From assembly GCF_009914755.1 (NCBI RefSeq), contig NC_060947.1: a stretch of DNA of 64,000 bases; one strand, written 5' to 3'. Of this stretch, positions 29,098 to 41,480 are shown piece by piece. The position numbers and the translations under genes are program-made. Under the pieces are notes generated by a model, which was given only the letters and a program-made list of their open reading frames with translations, had not been told where the DNA came from and made no database searches. Numbering within the stretch: position 1 is the stretch's first letter; each line of letters begins with the position of its first letter. The stretch comes from the human T2T-CHM13v2.0 reference genome, Homo sapiens.

Positions 29098-31816
29098 TGA
29101 TGTGGAAAGCAGGGGTATACTTTTCACACCCTATCACTTGGTACAGCACTTTAAATGTTGGACATATGTGAAACCACTGATTTGTGTTCTTACTAAACAC
29201 ACAATGATAAAAATGAGAGCTAGTGTCTTCCTGTAGCAACTGTATAAAACATCGCCAGGTGCGCATTCCCGACACGTTCTGATTGACTCTCTTCATTTTG
29301 CATTTTACAGAAAAGAGGTATTTAGAAAATTATGTGGCCTAGCTTCCTTAGGGATTAAATTCTCAGCAAGTTTCATTTATGCCTAAAGTTTACTGTGGAC
29401 TTTAATGAGAATTAACTGTTTATACAGAACTTGCTGCTGTAGTTCAAATTCAAAGACAGATTCAAATTTATCTTCCTCAGTTTTTCCAAGATAATGACCA
29501 ATCTTAAATTCAGTTTTTATTTCACCTTCACAAGGCTAAATGTGAGAGGATCTTGTTAAGAGCATTCTCACACATGCAAAGAAATTCAGGACATCACTGC
29601 AACAGAGACAGGGCAGAATTTTCTCAAGACGGCCAGGGACACTATGGTGCAGGAAAGGCTTCCTGGGTACCTCTACCCTAGAGCATTCACACGTGTCAAA
29701 AGACCCTTTCGGAAAACACTTGTGCATCAGTCTTAAACATGAAGAATTCAATGATTTGTACCAATTCAGGGAAGTAGTGGAACTCTACGACGCCATTGCA
29801 CTGTTAATTTATGCATCATTTCAGCTCAGCCTTGGAAGTTGCATATGACTTTCTTTTAACCTAGGGGCTCACCTCCCTAGTTAGGCTTTGCTGAAGGCTA
29901 ACATTAAAATGTGTTTGGATTTCCTAGTTGCATGCATGCTTCTAAAGAAAAAGAGCCCACAATAAAATCTGGAACTCGAAATGAATGAGTTGGTATGCAA
30001 AATGCACACACTTGACACTCGGGGGATACTGTGTAGAGCGGCACACCAGGAGAGGAATCAGGAAGGAATCATGCTAAATAATGAACAGTATGAAGGGATG
30101 GATGTCTGGAGAGTGGAGGCACTTGAAGGTGACCATGCACATCTGGTGTGTACTTAAGAGCTGATGAAATACTTTCATACATACTTCATTTGACCTTGTT
30201 CTGAAGGTCTCCATCTTAAAGATGAAGAAACCAAGGCTCCAAGAAGTTGAGACTCGCCAAGGGTCCCAGAGCCCACCAACAACAGGGTTAGGTGGATGTG
30301 TACCACCCCTCCATGACTCTTTTCAATTCCCTAAATTATCTGCATTTGCAGGAACTGATCTCAGCTTGGTGTTGATCTGCTGGCGACCCACAGACATAAA
30401 GGGTCATCCTTGGGGGTAACATTTTTCTGGGTGTGGCACCTGGAAATAAATCTCTCAGACGGGAAATAAAGATATGATTTTGGAGGGGGGCCTCCTGGGG
30501 CTCTGGTTAACTCTATAAAGGGGTCTCCCCTCTGCAGGCTGCCTTCAAGTAGTTGAGCAGACATCATCTGTGTTTCCCTTTGTCAGTATAGTTACTATAA
30601 AGGAGGAGGGGAATGGTTGGCACCAATAAATTCTGAACAAAGGAATGCCTTAAGGCCTGCACCTGTCTTATAACAGTTTATAAAGTAGAAAAGACTGAGT
30701 TAAATCCTCATGAACGTAAGATTCAAAATTCTGTGGAAATTCAACCCCAAATAAAATGAATAGTTGGACCACACAGTCCACAAGGGTTTCAAGAAAACAA
30801 TCAACTAGCATTGCAGCTATCAAATGAGTGATTTTTCCATGCTACTAAAGGTGAAGCTCATTAAGATAAATTAAGTATGAATCATCACACAAAATTATTT
30901 ATTTTAAAAAAGAAGGCTTATAATGATGAGCTGTAAAATCAGATGCCTAAAGGTAGCAAGAACTCAGTAGCAACCATTTCCTGAAGTATTACAGATATCG
31001 GTTAGCACATTGTTCATGAAGACAGGTAATAAGCAAGGGGTTAAAGAATAACACTGATAAGAAAAAGTAATCCTATTCAGCCTGAAGAAAAGAAAGTTGT
31101 GATTTAATATGGCTTTAAAATTTCATGACAGATTCATACAAGGGTGCTGAGCAGGGGTGTGTGTGGGTTATTATGTTATTCGTTCATTATTTATGAAATA
31201 TTAGCTCCATTCAGCATGCATAAAGGGCTTTATCATTTAAAACACACTTTCACATGCTTTATCTTATTTATTCTGTACAGTAACACTCATTAGTATTACT
31301 GTGTGAATTACTCCATTTCAGAGATGAGAAAACTGAGACTCAAAAGTAATCAGTCCAAGAGGACAACGTCAGGAAACGACAGGCCTAGACATGATCACCG
31401 GGACACTCATAAAACAAGTAATCATTCTTGAGGAGATTCAAAAACACGTCAAAATACACACACAGACACAAACACACAAGCACACACTCTCACATATTCT
31501 AAGCTACAGGTTTCTAGTTGGATTTTCAGGTACATAGGCACTCTGTAACAAACAGCATCAGTCAGCTAGTGGATAATGAAAAACTAGGCATTTTTTAAAA
31601 AATTCAACTATTAAGTAGCAGAATAAATGAGTTAATGATAAAAACAGAAAATACAACATGGAGCAAAGTTTAAAGAAGGTGAAAATCACCAGTGTTTAGT
31701 ATTTCATGCTCTCCCATGCTCTTTTACTCTAACTTGAGTTTTAATCAACCTCTCTCTTTCTCTCTGTCTCCCATCCCCTCCCATCTACAGAATATCCAGA
31801 TACTGGGAAGTAGACC

Positions 31817-32185
31817 TGTATTAGTTCATTTTCACACTGCTGATAAAGACATACCCGAGACTGGGTAAATTATAAAGAAAAAGAGGTTTAATGGCCTCAC
31901 AATTCCATGTGGCTGGGGAGGCCTCACAATCGTGGTGGAAGGTGAAAGGCACGTTTTACATGGCAGCAGGCAAGAGAGAGAATGAGAGAGAAGCAAAAGC
32001 AGAAACCCCTTATAAAACCATCAGATGTTGTGAGACTTATTCACTACCAGGAGAACAGAATGGGATGGGGAAAACCATCCCCATAATTCAATTATCTCCC
32101 ACTGGGTCCCTCCCACAATACATGGGAATTATGGGAACTACAATTCAAGGTGAGATTTGGGTGGGGACACAGGCAAACCATATCA
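31817..32185 (-). mobile_element. THE1-type MaLR solo LTR
   Basis: tgtattagttcattttcacactgctgataaagacatacc...caaaccatatca; TSD agacc/agacc. Confidence 0.92.
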
Positions 32186-32829
32186 AGACCCCAGGCTGTA
32201 TGTTCAGAGCCAGGTGTGCCAAGCCCTGGGAGACCCACAGCTACCCATCATCGAGCTGCTTCAATGCATGGCTTCAGAGCCTCCTGTCTCCACCTAAGGG
32301 GAGTGGGGTGACCTTCAGGCAGCCTCCCCAGTCCCAACCAAAAAGGTCGGAAGCACCATCCTCCCATGGCACCACCTCAGACAACATTCTCCCACCAGCC
32401 ACTTCTTTCACCGGAACATATATACTTGATCATGTCCCTACCTGGCAGGGGGTTTACTTTACTTCCTCTTCACACTTCTTCCTTTGCTACATCATCCCTA
32501 GTCTTCCCGCACTCTCACTCTTTTCCCCTAAATGCTTCATGAGTATTCCAGGCATAGGTTTCACAGTTTGATAATCACCATCTGCTATCAAGGAACTATT
32601 CATCCTTCCTTTTTAGTTCTGAAAAATGTTAAAACATCCTCCTAAACACGTGGAATGTTTCTTGTAGAACCTAGAATAAATGTCAATTATTCCATATTCT
32701 CCTTACAAAGTATTACACATTTGTGTCAACAATTTCTCTTCTGTTCAATGAACTCAAGTAATTACACAAATTCTCTGAATAGTTATTATCCAAAACAAAG
32801 GAACTAGAAAAACGTCATGTTTTCTTAAC

Positions 32830-33361
32830 AGCAATAGTTTGCTATTGCCGTTATAACAAATTACTACAAATTTAACCCCTTCAAACAAGACACATGTATT
32901 GTCACACAGTCTGAGGGTCCAAAGTCTGGTATGGGTCCCACTGGGGAAAATCCAGGTGTCGGCAGGGCTGCATCTCTTTCTGGAGGCTCTGGGGGAGAAT
33001 GTGTCTCCTTGCTCAGTCAGGTGTTAGGAGAATCCAGTTCCATAGGTTAAAGGGCAGATGCCCCCTTTTCTTTGCTGGCTGTCAGTGGGGACCTGCTTTC
33101 CGAGAAGCCTCTGTGCTTCCCTGGCATGTGGTTGCTACATCTCCAAACCAGCCATGACACAGAATCCAGAAAAGGTGTCCACTTTTCAAGATTCATGTAC
33201 TTAGTTTGGGTCCACTTGGATAATATGGGATCATCCTCCTATCTCAGACCTTTAATTTAATCACATCTACAGAATCCCTTTTGCCAGGTAAGGTTATATC
33301 TGGACAGGTTCTGGGGATTAGGGTAAGGACAGTTTTGGGTGTCATTCTTCTCTCTGCCACA
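32830..33361 (-). mobile_element. MLT1-type MaLR LTR
   Basis: gccgttataacaaattactacaa...tctggaggctctgggggagaat...cccttttgccaggtaagg...ctgccaca. Confidence 0.75.
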
Positions 33362-34621
33362 TAAAAGGGATGGATAGGGAGGATGAGCATTTTATCCAGT
33401 GTGGGGTATATATAGTTAGGGAAGAATGCTAGACACATGAACCACAGTCACAGCTGGGCCCCAGCCAGCTATGTGATTTTGCCCAGGTCATACAGTATGG
33501 AGGGCCCAGCTTCTTTCTTTTCTTTTATTTTAAATCGAGCCAGTGTAACAGATGCAACCTTGGTTCATATCCATTCGTTTCATGCATATTACGGAGTGCC
33601 TACACAATGGCTGGCAGTGTGGCAGGTACTGGGCTGCGGCAGTGAGCAAACCAGAGAAACCCCTGTCTCTTGGAGCTTACATTCTGGTGAAGGAGGATGG
33701 ACAATGAAAGCTGAACAGGACAGCAGTAAAAGAGGTAGCATGCTAAAGAGTGATATGTAAATCAGGAGGGATGTGGGGAGATCAGGGGCTGAGAGTTCTG
33801 TCATTGTAGACAGAAAAACCAGGGATGGACCCCGTGAGAGAGATCTGGGGCAGAATCCCCCTCATTTTATGTCACAAGAGCACACAGTCTGTTCCTAGGT
33901 AAACAAGAGGATGCATGTCTGCCCACCGCAAGCCTTATCTGTCTGTATTGGACATTGATGGCTTAGGACCACTTAGCATGGGTTGCCCAGCTCTTCCCTT
34001 GACACTGTCAAGTCTACATAATATTGTAATAAGATTATAGAATAATGTCTTTTTATAAGATAGACTCTTGTAAGTGAGAGAATGACGTAATAGGGATATC
34101 GAGGGAAAATATTCTAATCTATTAAGTGGCAAAGTAATTTTACTTGTCAATTCAACATTTCATTAAGTATTTCAAATGACAGCATCCGAATATATGGAAT
34201 CTTACCACTTACTCTCAACCCATTACCTTCTGCTTTCGAAAACATACATTCTCCATATTACCTGAAGCTTGTTATGATTTGCACTAGAGGGAAAAACAAG
34301 AAAAAATTCCAAGAGAAGTACACCCTTTCCACCCTACAAATATTCAGTGCATTACCACAGCAGGCACATTGGTATTTGGAAATCAACCAGCTGAAGTATT
34401 TCCCAGAGATGATGAATTCTCAACCAACCAACTTTCAAATGTGTTTGGATAGAAAGACATCAGAACAAAATGGAAGAAACAAAATGGAACATTAGATTGA
34501 AAAGTTAGGAGACCTGGGTACCAGAATTAGCTCCCACTGCCACGCAGGATAATCTTGGGTACATAGGTACGTACATCACATAAAATCTTTCCATTCACTT
34601 CTCTGTTAAAAACATAAAAGG

Positions 34622-34920
34622 GATCAGGTGTGGTGGTTCATGCCTGTAATTCCAGCACTTTGGGGGGCTGAGGTGGGCAGATCATTTGAGGTCAGTAGTT
34701 CAAGACTGGCCTGGCCAACACAGTGAAACCCTGTCTCTACTAAAAATACAAAAATTAGGTGGACATGGTGGTACGTGCCTGTAATCCTAGCTACTCAGGA
34801 GGCTGAGGCAGGAGAATTGCTTGAATCTAGGAGGCAGAGGTTGCAATGAGCCAAGATTGCACCACTGCACTCCAGCCTAGGCAAACGAGCGAGACTCCAT
34901 CTCAAAACAAAAACAAAAAC
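34622..34920 (+). mobile_element. AluS SINE
   Basis: Full dimer; TSD aaaacataaaaggg. Confidence 0.92.
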
Positions 34921-35346
34921 ATAAAAGGGTCACAATAACACCTACCCTACTTGATTTACAGAAGGACTTGAAGGACTGAATAAGAGAGTACATGTTAAAA
35001 ACCCTACATACACTCCAAAGTATTAGCCACATAAATTTCAGGAATTATTATTGCTACTAAACTGCATCAGCGACTTGCTTCACATAATCAACGTGAGATC
35101 TGAACATTGCAGGAAAACACTGAACAAGTACAGGGAGCATTTGGATCACAGTGCATCATAAGGCGGCCTCAGGAGGGATCCTGGCGAATACTTTCATCAA
35201 ACAAGTAATTTACTGAGCACTCAACCATCTATCGGGCCTGGTAAGAGACACAGGATCTAAAGAACGTGGTAATGCTCATTACTTTATATGAAGTATTGAA
35301 ATCAGCACTTGCTGATTTCTTCAAATAGGAAACATGGCTTTGTTAC

Positions 35347-35482
35347 CTTAATGAGGTCCTCCCTGGAGGAAAAAGTGGAGACTAAGTGATTTTCTCTGGT
35401 TTTGGCGTTGGTGATGGATACGTGCAGTCGGTTCTGGGCCAGCTCGTGAGCGCTGGGAGGAAGAATCGACTCCATCCCACTT
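35347..35482 (-). CDS. PNPLA4: PNPLA4 coding exon 3 (136 nt)
   Basis: ttctttAG|AAGT; (R)SGMESILPPSAHELAQNRLHVSITNAKTRENHLVSTFSSREDLIK; donor AAG|GTAACA. Confidence 0.97.
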
Positions 35483-35637
35483 CTAAAGAAGAAAAAGCAA
35501 TCTGAATTACTCACCTTTAATTATTGAACTCCCTGTAAATATTTTACAAGAGAGAATGCTGAGCTTGCCAAAGTTTGTACAGAGAGTCGTCAACATTCTG
35601 TCTTCATGTACTTTTGGGCAAAATGTACTCTGTATAC

Positions 35638-35732
35638 CTTAGTCGGGCCATGAAGTCATAACCGGGCGTTACTGCCCCGAAAGACTGCCTTCTGATTTCT
35701 TCGGCAAACTTGTAGGTAAATTGGTTACATTC
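35638..35732 (-). CDS. PNPLA4: PNPLA4 coding exon 2 (95 nt)
   Basis: tttttAG|GAATGT...; ECNQFTYKFAEEIRRQSFGAVTPGYDFMARL(R); donor AAG|GTATAC; frame continuous with neighbours. Confidence 0.96.
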
Positions 35733-36734
35733 CTAAAAAAAGAAAATTAAGAAGTGACCCTAGGTGTTGTAAAGAAAACAATCATTCCACTTCTAAAACT
35801 TGGGATTTTATAGACCCAACAGCAAATGTAGGGTGTCATGTTATTAAAGGTGTGCAAATTCCCCACCTGGCCGGGGCCTCACCCACCACTCTCAGGCCCT
35901 TTGCAAGGTATACACTCTCAAGAATCCTAATCTTTTTTTGTTTTTTCCTTTGTAAAGCACCTTAAATGGCCTTTGCCCCATCTGAAAAATCCTTGAAGGC
36001 TCAATCTGAATTTTAATTGAGCACATTCTTCAAAAGGTTTCCTCAGCGCAATTAACCTTCTCTCCCACCCCTATTTTGTGGTCTCAGCAGCAGTTTGATT
36101 ACAACCGTGCAACAAAGCTGATTACAAATGACAGCACCAGTGACAGAAATAGGAGTAGTGACGTCTATGGTTTGCACAGACTGAATCAGAGTCTTCGGAG
36201 ATTCATCTTGGGCACTGGTATTTTATAAAGTCTTTCAGGGATGCTCATGTCTACCCTGGACTGGGATCCACAGAGGTGACACTGTCAGTTCATCTTCACA
36301 TCACCCTGCAGGGTGGGTATAACCATCCCACTTGACAGACAAGAAAACGGAGGATTGGAGAGTTCAAGTGTCTATCCCAATATCTCATTAAAAATGAGTC
36401 TCAGAGCCAGAATTTACATCTAAGTCTATTTTGTATTAAATAATGAATTAATTTGGCAACCAACTGGGCACCAGGTACTTGGCTAGGCACTGGGACTTGG
36501 AGAGGACAAGATACAAAGACCCTGTGCTCATGAGAGTCGTAAGTGCCTCCAAGAGCAGGTCATAGAGGGCTATAAGAGCCCCCACAAGGGTGTGTTTGGC
36601 TCTCATTTAGTGCAAAAAATAAATAACAACAGGTAAACTGTTTTGAGAATATGAGGACATCAAGTCTCAAATTCAGGTAAATCATTCAATGTCTTAACAT
36701 TGCAGAATTTCAGTTAAGTGGCTATATTATTGCA

Positions 36735-37206
36735 GCAGTCTCTCCTCTCCCCACAAAGATGTCCACATTCTAGTCCCTGGAACCTGTGACTAGGAGACCT
36801 TCTATGTTAAAAGGGACTTTGTAGATCCAGTTAAGGACCTTGAGATGAGGAGATAATCCTGGATGACCTGGGTAGGCCCAATATCATCACAAGGTTTCTT
36901 GTAAGGGAAGGAGGGAGGTAGGAGAGGCAGAGTTGGAGAGATTTGAAGATGCTGTGCTTATGGCTTTAGAAATCAAGGAAGGGGTCAGGAGCCAAGGAGT
37001 CTGGGCACCCTCCAGAAACTGGAAAAGGTAAGGAAATGGATTCTCCCCTGGAGCCTCTGGAGAGAGTGAGCATGGACATTTTGATTTTAGCTCAGTGAGA
37101 CCCTTTTAGACTTAAGACCGCCAGAGCTGGAAGATGATAAACACATGCTGTTTTAAGCCACTACGCTGAAGGTCCTTTGTCAAATCAGCAACGGGAAATG
37201 AATACA
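36735..37206 (+). mobile_element. MLT1C/D-type MaLR LTR
   Basis: ccccacaaagatgtccac...ggattctcccctggagcctc...gttttaagccact...ggaaatgaataca. Confidence 0.8.
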
Positions 37207-39573
37207 GTGTGTGTCAACCTCCAACCTCATGGGTTGCCAAAGGTTTCCCTCCAATTTGACACCCAGGCTGGGACTTAAATATAAACAGGAGTTGGGCAGA
37301 GGACGAAGGTGAAAGCAGAGGATAGTAAAAACAACAGCAAGAACAATTCTGAGAGGGGCACAGAGCTGAAATGTGTCCCTATGGCGAGCCACAAGTAGGG
37401 CTAAGTCACATGGGGCCTTGTGATACATGCTGAGAAACCTGGGTCACATTGTCCTAAGTCCACAGACAGCCCCTGCCCCGGGGGTAATGAGGTGATCAGA
37501 TGTGCCTTTGGGTGACATCACTCTAAGCGCTATGAGGTAGGTGGATTGTAGGGAGCTTGAATTGATATAGGCTGTGGGAAGCTCCTGGGTGAGAAATGGG
37601 GGTAGCCCCACCAAATGTATGTTCATTCTACTGAGCTAGACTGCCCATCTAGCCTATTTCTTTGTACTAATATTAGTTATATTCAATACTCTCCATAGCC
37701 CGGACCAGACTGTAAACTTATTAAAGATGGACTTATTCATCTTTGAGTTCCCCACTGAGTCTAGCACCATGGCTTCCTCGCAAATTGTGAGGGCTGAGGA
37801 AAGTCTTGCAGCATTGAGCTCTTCCACATCAATGTCTAAATTTGCCTACCACTTAAAATATGCCCAGTATCAGGTGCTCCTCTTAATTATTCATGCATAA
37901 GCTCAGAAGATTAATTACACACGTATTTGTCACAACAGTAAAAAGCTTGAGGAACTTATATCATCAGCGAGAACCGAGCGAACACGAATCTGAGTAGGTA
38001 GAAACATTTGCTAAAAAAAACTCAAGGCTATCCTACAAGTGGATTATTTCAGATGCTAAAAATAAAGGAACTAAAATAACCTTAAGTCAAAGGGTTACTT
38101 TGGCTGAAAAATTATTTTGAAGAAGAACAAATGAGGATGCCCTAAGGAAACTAAGAAAATTATTTTCTACCTTCCCATGGGAGCACCAGATAAAGACACA
38201 CACCTTTTCATCATACCAGCACCATCAGACAACACAACCCAGTCTCTCATTTAGTGCAAAAAATAAATAACAACAGGTAAACTGATCTGAGAATATGATG
38301 ACATCAAGTCTCCAATTCAGGTAAATTATTCAATGTCTTAACATGGCAGAATTTTAGTTAAGTATAAATGGCTGTACTAGTGCAGTATTTCCAAATCAGG
38401 TTAATTCTAAATCATACAATACATTTTTTAATTTGCTGATAATTGGAAACCAAGTCTACATAACTCCAAAGCTTAGGATTTGCCACAGCTCAAGAAAAGA
38501 CTGCAGTAAAAAGGAAGAAGTGACACCCTGAAAGCCCTCTGCTTCAAAAACGAAACACAGTTATGGGAAGGAGGTAGCTTGTAATTCAAAGCTTATGAAT
38601 CTGCTAGTTTAGGGGGAATTTTCCGACCTCATTTATACCTTGCATGGCTTAAGGTTCTGGTCCTGTTTAATCTCTGCAGTTTTTAAATCACTTTTCTAGT
38701 TCCCTGTAAATCAACCATATAAAGACAGGAAGATAGGTGGATTTCTGAATGATTGGCCTCAAATCTAGCTTCCCTTTGATAAGCAGCTCACAAAAGATCT
38801 GAAATGAGATTCTGATGTTTAACATTGCATAGTTTTGGAATTTTAAATGTGACTGAAATTCATTCTTGGGTATGAGGGTGTTAAATTGTTATTTCATTAT
38901 TGTTCAAAGCTGCTAGAGTACGTAATGATTAACAAATATAATATTCTCCAACTACGGAATCCAGCTCTCACAGTCAGCAAATGATTGATCACTGTCTGGA
39001 TAGCAGAAAACAGATTTTAAAACATAGATTGCATTAAATAAAGTACTTAATGAATAATTATTTGTATTACTTCTGGATAAATTGCTTGGAACTCAGAGCT
39101 TCCTCTTACTGTGAGAATTAAAAAAGAATTAAATTCCTATACCATTCCACTTAATAGAAACTGCATGCCCACATTTTAATTTATGTATCTATTTCTAAGT
39201 AGCAGTGAGGTAAGACTTGTTGCCCACATGTTCAAGGCCTTGAAAACAGGCCCCATGCTCTTCTCATGATCATAGAAAGAAGAAATATCCTTTGCTTGAA
39301 AGGAACAGAGCTGGAATCTTAAGGATAAATAAAAACTCAAGAGTAATATAAGTCATTTTATTTCCTTATTTCACTATCACCCAAAATAATCTTTTCCACA
39401 ACCAGAGCACAGATCCCTAATAATTACATCTTAAGAGAAAAGTCCTAATCCTTTCTGTTTCCAAGCAAACGATTATTTCTCTGCAGTGTTAACTTAGTAG
39501 AGTCAATGCTGGTGTTTGCCTTTGGGTCTTAATTTCTTGATGAGGAACACAGCCTAAGTTACTACTTAATTAC

Positions 39574-39753
39574 CTCTATTTTTTCTGGTGCTGTTAGCAG
39601 AACAGAAGCAACCAACGATCCCGCAGACGCCCCAGCGAAGGCTTTGACATCCTTCACAAGTTTTTTGCCATGTCTGCAAAGTGCAGATGCTGCCCCCAAG
39701 TGGTAAATGCCCAGAAATCCACACGCTGCAAATGATAGGTTGATGTGCTTCAT
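39574..39753 (-). CDS. PNPLA4: PNPLA4 coding exon 1 (gene exon 2), aa 1-60
   Basis: ATG at 39753; translates MKHINLSFAACGFLGIYHLGAASAL...GASAGSLVASVLLTAPEKIE with the patatin Gly-rich loop and GxSxG (S43). Donor GAG|GTAATT at 39574/39573; acceptor ttgccAG 13 nt upstream of the ATG. Confidence 0.98.
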
Positions 39754-40639
39754 TCTAGCTGTAGCACTGGCAATACAAAAAACAAAAATGCTGTAAGTTG
39801 GAATAGTTTATCCCACATACTGTGTAGTCTTATGTTGATCATCGTTCCAAGGCTTTCTTCTAACATCATTCTCTGTTTTAAGCACAGTGGTTTCAATTAA
39901 TTCTAATTAAACACAAGAATCTTTCAAGGAAACCCTTTCTTTCCCTCCTCACCTTGACCCAAGTCTTATACATTAAAACAAAACAAAACAAAAACATTCC
40001 ACATTTATTCGGTACATAGATTATGAATCTACGATTTAATTACTTGGCAGGAAACAGACGTATAAATTCCAGTTGACAAGGGCATTTGGTCTTTTCTCTT
40101 GACCCTTTGAAACGTTTTGCGGGTGGGGGCGGCACTACCATTATGAAACAGAAAATTATTAGAGACCGTATCAAATTCCAAATGAACAATACATTTGTTC
40201 TTGGTAAGTGTATCAGAAGATTTCAAATACAGTTCCCTACTCCCCTTCCCAATTTCTATTGTGAGCACCCATGCTTTTATGAACGCCAATACAATTACTC
40301 AGTAACGCAATAAGCAATCACTCAACAATGCAATACATTTCTTTGCCAAGTATCTCAACACAAACTGAGGTCATGACTGGTGAAGGCAATTTAAGGCTCT
40401 ATGAAATGTCAGCCACGCCACTTTATACTTGGAACACATCTAAATACAAAATTACATGTTTTCCTATGCCTCAGTGCGCACAATTTGCCCAAGTGAATGA
40501 AATTGTGCCTCCACAAGGCTGTCCATTCTGAAGGTCTCAGGGTTTCCTTGGGGGCCCAAGGACCCCATTCAGGGACCCCAAGATGAGGCACATTACAGGG
40601 CCTCGAATTTAGGGACCTAAGACCGCCTGTTCCTGATGC

Positions 40640-41480
40640 ACCCGGCCAGGCCCTGTGAGGGCAGGTGGCTCGGCCGCCGCAGGCTGCGCTGGCGTCCGCG
40701 TAGGCTGAGTCCCAGTCATCGATCCGGGGTCAAGCCCCAGTTTTGATTCCACTTCTGCAAATGGGGACGGGAAGGGGGTTGGGTGTGTAGCAACCAGGCG
40801 GCCAGGCCCAGCCAGCACAGGCTCAGTGCCCTCCCGCGGCTTGGAGGCCGGCAGGGCCGGGGTGGTCCCCGCATCAGTCCCGCAGGAGCACACCCTTGCT
40901 GGGCCCCAGGGCTCCGTACCAATGCAGCCCCGGGACACTTCCGTGTTGAACGAGTCCCTTTAACCAGATGGCGGGGCCGGGCCGTCACTCAACGCCATTC
41001 CGCCACCAAGGCCGCGCTACGCTCTCCGCGAGCCGGCCCAGGAAAGTCCTGCGGCAGGGGTTGGTACCGCCTCCCGCGCAGGTATGTGACGTCATCGCGC
41101 CGACGAAGGCGCCCGCTAGGCCCCGCCTGCTCTATTTAAACTTCTGGACTCAACCTGGCCGCTAGACCGGAGCGTCCTCCAGCGCAGGCAAGGATTCCTC
41201 GTTTAGAGTCATGTTATCTTCGAGTACCTAGAGAGACATTTTAACCCACACCCTAGAGAGGCGTTGTAATCCTTACGTGTCTTTTAACGCTACTTGGCCC
41301 TTACCTGCGAGCAACTGACCTTTAATAATCCTCATTTTCTGTGCCCCGGAAGTGCCTTACCCTCTTCGCGTCTGTTTCCCGGAAGTGGTTCTTCTCCCTC
41401 TCCACCCTTTCGCCCGCCTGGGCGGTCCAGCTGCCCCTAGAGGCCAACTCCAGCGGCTATTTTGGGGCTGGACATCCCGC
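40640..41480. promoter_or_regulatory. CpG-island promoter of PNPLA4
   Basis: High GC/CpG stretch ~1 kb upstream of the ATG. Full CRE TGACGTCA at 41087-41094, GC box GGCCCCGCC at 41119-41127, TATTTAAA at 41133-41140, two ETS/GABP CCGGAAGTG motifs at ~41346 and ~41379. Confidence 0.9.
40920..41060 (-). other. PNPLA4: Probable non-coding first exon of PNPLA4
   Basis: Donor TTG|GTACGG at 40920/40919 within the CpG island. The 5' boundary is a guess. Alternative upstream donors CAG|GTAAGG (41305) and AGG|GTAAGG (41361). Confidence 0.55.

Noticed and set aside
31891-32571. Longest ORF in the track (226 aa)
   Set aside because: First ~100 codons lie in a THE1 LTR and the rest has no recognisable domain; a chance open frame antisense to PNPLA4 intron 4.
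40783-41139. Arg/Pro-rich plus-strand ORF in the promoter
   Set aside because: Expected from stop-poor CpG-island sequence; non-ATG start and no recognisable homology.
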